Shown: positions 60,899 through 64,000 of the stretch, in pieces
Layout of the letters: each line of letters begins with the position of its first letter
How positions within the stretch are numbered: position 1 is the stretch's first letter
IMG/VR virus record: IMGVR_UViG_3300035498_000404
Coordinates: 38,895-102,894 of that record
Origin: a virus
Taxonomy: Duplodnaviria; Caudoviricetes
DNA length: 64,000 nucleotides
Reading direction: 5' to 3' (one strand)
Notes under the pieces: model-generated
Database searches by the model: none
What the model was told of the DNA's origin: nothing
The model's input: the letters and a program-made list of their open reading frames with translations, nothing else
Position numbers and translations under genes: made by a program

Positions 60899-61701
60899 GT
60901 GTTTTCGTTCTTAAATTTTTCAAGATTGTACTCTCGAATAATATCATATGCAATTTGCATAATATCGTAATTTTTTCTGAATCCTTCGGCAGACCATTTG
61001 GCTTGTTCTATTACACCATCCTGAACCATTCTATCAATACTTTCTTTAACCCTACTTAAACCATTATCAACAGCGCTCAAAAAACAAAGATTCAGTTTGA
61101 TTTTTCTTAGAGTAACAGCTATTTTTTCTTCTACCCAAAATGGATTTTGTTTATTTTCTCTATAATAAGCAATATCCTTAAAAAGTTTGGCAGTTCTAAT
61201 AGTAGAAGCAAATTTCTTACCGTCAAAACCATCTTTGTCTATTTTGATATAATTACGGTTTGTTCTCTTTTTAGTTTCTACAATAGTCCTATTTGTTACT
61301 CCTGCCAAAGCACGAAGAAAATTATCTCTATAAGCATTAATAATCTTTTCGCCAGAATCAGGATTGATAAAGTTTGAAATCCAATCATTATTGGTTACGA
61401 AATATTTAGTATAAAACATTTCCAAATCAGACGGAGACCCCTTAGAGGTATTTTTACAAAAATCTCTAATATCATCAACGACACAGATTCCTTCTGGAAA
61501 ATCAACTTGATGAATGTATTTCTTGTTAATAATTAAATCTTCAAAAGTAGGAACAACAATGGCTCTTGCATCAATATCAGAATCTTTTGTGGCTAAATTG
61601 TAATTTTGAGAACCATAAAGTCCAACAAAAACTACATTATAACCCAATTCATTCTGAATATAATTAAAATATTTACGCAGTGTCGGGATTATCAGTTCCA
61701 T
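60895..61701 (-). CDS. Pol-beta-superfamily nucleotidyltransferase
   Basis: GSQNYNL....SDID. Confidence 0.8.
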   Translation of the reverse strand: MELIIPTLRKYFNYIQNELGYNVVFVGLYGSQNYNLATKDSDIDARAIVVPTFEDLIINKKYIHQVDFPEGICVVDDIRDFCKNTSKGSPSDLEMFYTKYFVTNNDWISNFINPDSGEKIINAYRDNFLRALAGVTNRTIVETKKRTNRNYIKIDKDGFDGKKFASTIRTAKLFKDIAYYRENKQNPFWVEEKIAVTLRKIKLNLCFLSAVDNGLSRVKESIDRMVQDGVIEQAKWSAEGFRKNYDIMQIAYDIIREYNLEKFKNENT

Positions 61702-62140
61702 GAATTTTACTCCTTAATGTTAATGTTGTATCAATAAATGTTTGAGGCGACACATCTGCTGGGTCTGGAAATAAATATTCTTTCTTAAATCTATTCTCTA
61801 CCAACTCATATCCCTCAATTGGCAAATTTTCAATAAAGTCATAAATCTCATTTTCATACTCATACACAAGACATGAATGAGGATATTTTAAACATAATCC
61901 GGGGTCTTGGTCAAAAATTTCTTTATCAATTACAGTTCTAAATTCCCACCACTCAGAATTTGTTTTAGAATAGCAATCTTTACACAAATGAATTTCTGTA
62001 CTTGCTTCATCAAAATAACTAGCATATCCCAAAGGTTTGACCTTAATCACAATGAAATCTTTATCATCAACCTTGCGTAAACACTTTACACAAACATTAG
62101 TGGGGTCTTTAATTGCCAAGATTTTCTTGTCCATTGTCAA
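61673..62140 (-). CDS. Hypothetical CxxC..CxxC protein
   Basis: ORF; GY.S.FD motif. Confidence 0.55.
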   Translation of the reverse strand: MTMDKKILAIKDPTNVCVKCLRKVDDKDFIVIKVKPLGYASYFDEASTEIHLCKDCYSKTNSEWWEFRTVIDKEIFDQDPGLCLKYPHSCLVYEYENEIYDFIENLPIEGYELVENRFKKEYLFPDPADVSPQTFIDTTLTLRSKIHGTDNPDTA

Positions 62141-62441
62141 TCACTCCCAATAAGACATTATACAAATTTTTGTCATCACTTACTTTAGTAACTTTTAACC
62201 CTCTGTGAAATTCCAATTTAAGAGCTTCAGAAAACCCTTCCCATCCAATATCATCATTTGTCATATCAAAAAAATCCATATAGGCGGCAGGGGCATGACC
62301 TTCATCCTTAAATTTTCTAAGTTTCACAACTTCCCCATTGCTCATAATACCCATAATATCTATAAACTCATTATTTTCAAAAACAATTGACTTGCCCTGT
62401 TTTACCATTTCAACAATTTCATCAATTGTGTGATAACCCAT
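62109..62441 (-). CDS. Hypothetical protein
   Basis: GGAGG SD. Confidence 0.6.
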   Translation of the reverse strand: MGYHTIDEIVEMVKQGKSIVFENNEFIDIMGIMSNGEVVKLRKFKDEGHAPAAYMDFFDMTNDDIGWEGFSEALKLEFHRGLKVTKVSDDKNLYNVLLGVIDNGQENLGN

Positions 62442-62491
62442 ATTTTTCCTCCATTTATATAAAGGTAGAGCCGCTTACGCGGCTCTTTTTG

Positions 62492-63829
62492 TTAAATCTC
62501 AGACAAAGTATCTTCACTCATATTAGCATTACTCTCAGAAACTTCCGCAACAGCAATACCAGACAGAACTTTAAAGAAAAAATTCTTGGTCTTATAAGCA
62601 GCGAAACTAGGACGGTTCACAATTCGCACAACCACACCCTCACGGACATGATTCTTGCCAATCGGGTCTACACCATCATAGAACTGCTCTGCTACATTTT
62701 TAATCCACTCGCCAGCAGTTACGCCGAGAGAATCCAATACGTCCTGTTCAGGAATATAACCCTTCCACAAAACAGGAACAGTATTCAATCCCATTTGCTC
62801 ACAACGATACCGCATGAAATCAGGCGTATACTCAACACAATCGCCGTCCTCATTCGTCATGGTCATACGGTACACATACATTTTAGATTCTCCGACCTCA
62901 CAACCATAACTAAACGTAGTGGTTTTACCATAAGCCTTAACGAAATCCTTATCCTTTGTTTTAGTATTGTCAACAACAGGCATAATTGTCGTATTACCAT
63001 CAACATAACCAACAATCTCGTAAAAGATTTCCTCGCCCTTTTTCAGACCAGTAATAACACGCTTATGATGCTGCTCACGGAATTTATCATTTCCATACCA
63101 GCCGCCATTCTTATCAAAAGAATCCAAAACTACACGACGAGTACCACACACATCAACCCACTTCTTGCCGATGTTTAACTTCTTCTTAAACCATTTAGCC
63201 AAAGGCGTAGAATTTTCCTCTTTCAGAGTAATAGCAGAACGACCAGAAGTGCCGTGCATTTTCAGAGTAATTTCAATTAAATCTCCGGCCTTAAAAGCAC
63301 TCAGATTATAATTTAATTGTTCTGTATCAATGTGCTCAACAAAATTCGGGAAAGAAATCTTCCGAGCTTTACCCTTTTTATTCTTCTTAGAATTACCAAA
63401 ATTATTAGAATACTTACACTTAGGAATGTACTTGCGACAAACAGGCTCACCAACCGTTGCTCCCTCATTCATATTCTCAATGCTTAATCCAGCCTTTTTA
63501 AGCCCTTCAACAAAGTCATTATAATGAATGAACAAACCGTCAGAACGCTCACCACGCAGCTTGATAGCCTTAATATTAAGCTTTCCTTCTTCAAGGAAGC
63601 CACCAATATTTTTACCATCTTTATCCTTCTTACGAACCAGATTCATAACCTCACAGAACTTAGAATCCAATTGCAAATCAACAGGAAAATACACGCCGAG
63701 GTCTCCCTCTTTATATGACAGGTCAACAACGACAGTATTGCCAAAGCACTCACCAACCAACAGACGGTCAGCATTTTCCATTTTTCGTACATTTTTAATG
63801 CGAGTAATGTAACCACAATGCTCAGACAT
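62492..63829 (-). CDS. ATP-dependent RNA ligase with N-terminal OB-like domain
   Basis: NADRL, LRGERSDG, KMHG (motif I), YEIVG, EGVV, K.K. Confidence 0.85.
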   Translation of the reverse strand: MSEHCGYITRIKNVRKMENADRLLVGECFGNTVVVDLSYKEGDLGVYFPVDLQLDSKFCEVMNLVRKKDKDGKNIGGFLEEGKLNIKAIKLRGERSDGLFIHYNDFVEGLKKAGLSIENMNEGATVGEPVCRKYIPKCKYSNNFGNSKKNKKGKARKISFPNFVEHIDTEQLNYNLSAFKAGDLIEITLKMHGTSGRSAITLKEENSTPLAKWFKKKLNIGKKWVDVCGTRRVVLDSFDKNGGWYGNDKFREQHHKRVITGLKKGEEIFYEIVGYVDGNTTIMPVVDNTKTKDKDFVKAYGKTTTFSYGCEVGESKMYVYRMTMTNEDGDCVEYTPDFMRYRCEQMGLNTVPVLWKGYIPEQDVLDSLGVTAGEWIKNVAEQFYDGVDPIGKNHVREGVVVRIVNRPSFAAYKTKNFFFKVLSGIAVAEVSESNANMSEDTLSEI

Positions 63830-63874
63830 TTAAAATCACTCCTTTTCATATCTGTCTGAATTTCTTACGTCTAT

Positions 63875-63903
63875 ATTCTACCACAAATCCTCCCTCTTGT
63901 CAA
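63875..63903 (-). promoter_or_regulatory. Sigma-A promoter of the RNA ligase gene
   Basis: TTGACA-17-TGnTAGAAT. Confidence 0.75.
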
Positions 63904-64000
63904 GCACTTTCACAATTTTTTTATTAATTCTATCCACTATCCCTATTACCCCCTATGCACTAACGTTAGTCATTCTACCCAACTCCCTCATACTAATCTC

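Noticed and set aside
54458-63812. Long plus-strand ORFs opposite the DUF2828 and RNA ligase genes
   Set aside because: Antisense shadows of codon-biased genes; no recognisable motifs.

Overview
A 64-kb, AT-rich segment of a large tailed phage. Consensus sigma-A promoters and SD sites point to a Firmicutes/Clostridia-type host (inferred). The plus-strand arm (1-31.8 kb) holds tail and lysis genes. About 29 in-frame TAG codons in 11 genes between 52 and 21.8 kb interrupt otherwise continuous frames, indicating amber recoding, most likely TAG=Gln (code 15). The ~2188-aa tape-measure gene is split by six group I introns: one carries an EDxHD-type homing endonuclease, two flank a 10-nt micro-exon, and two have atypical splice-site bases. 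Tail-fibre genes follow, then a diversity-generating retroelement (Mtd-like target; TR/VR differing at 18 positions, all TR adenines; RT; no recognisable avd) and a two-endolysin plus holin cassette. The minus-strand arm (31.8-64 kb) reads in the standard code from many sigma-A promoters. It encodes ThyX, an intron-split dUTPase, five orphan DNA methyltransferases, DnaE, primase-helicase, SSB, a Sak4-like ATPase, two tRNAs and an RNA-repair-like set (RNA ligase, Pnk-HD, nucleotidyltransferase, PIN-PhoH, DUF2828/vWA protein). The most novel-looking signal is a small RNA family sharing a helix followed by ACAGC(A/U)A. It occurs in a tRNA body whose anticodon arm is replaced, in two free hairpins (one displaying a Leu anticodon stem-loop), and in the 5' leader of the Ro60-like DUF2828 gene itself. 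This suggests an autoregulated RNP system analogous to Ro60/Y RNA. All family assignments come from motif recognition, not database searches.
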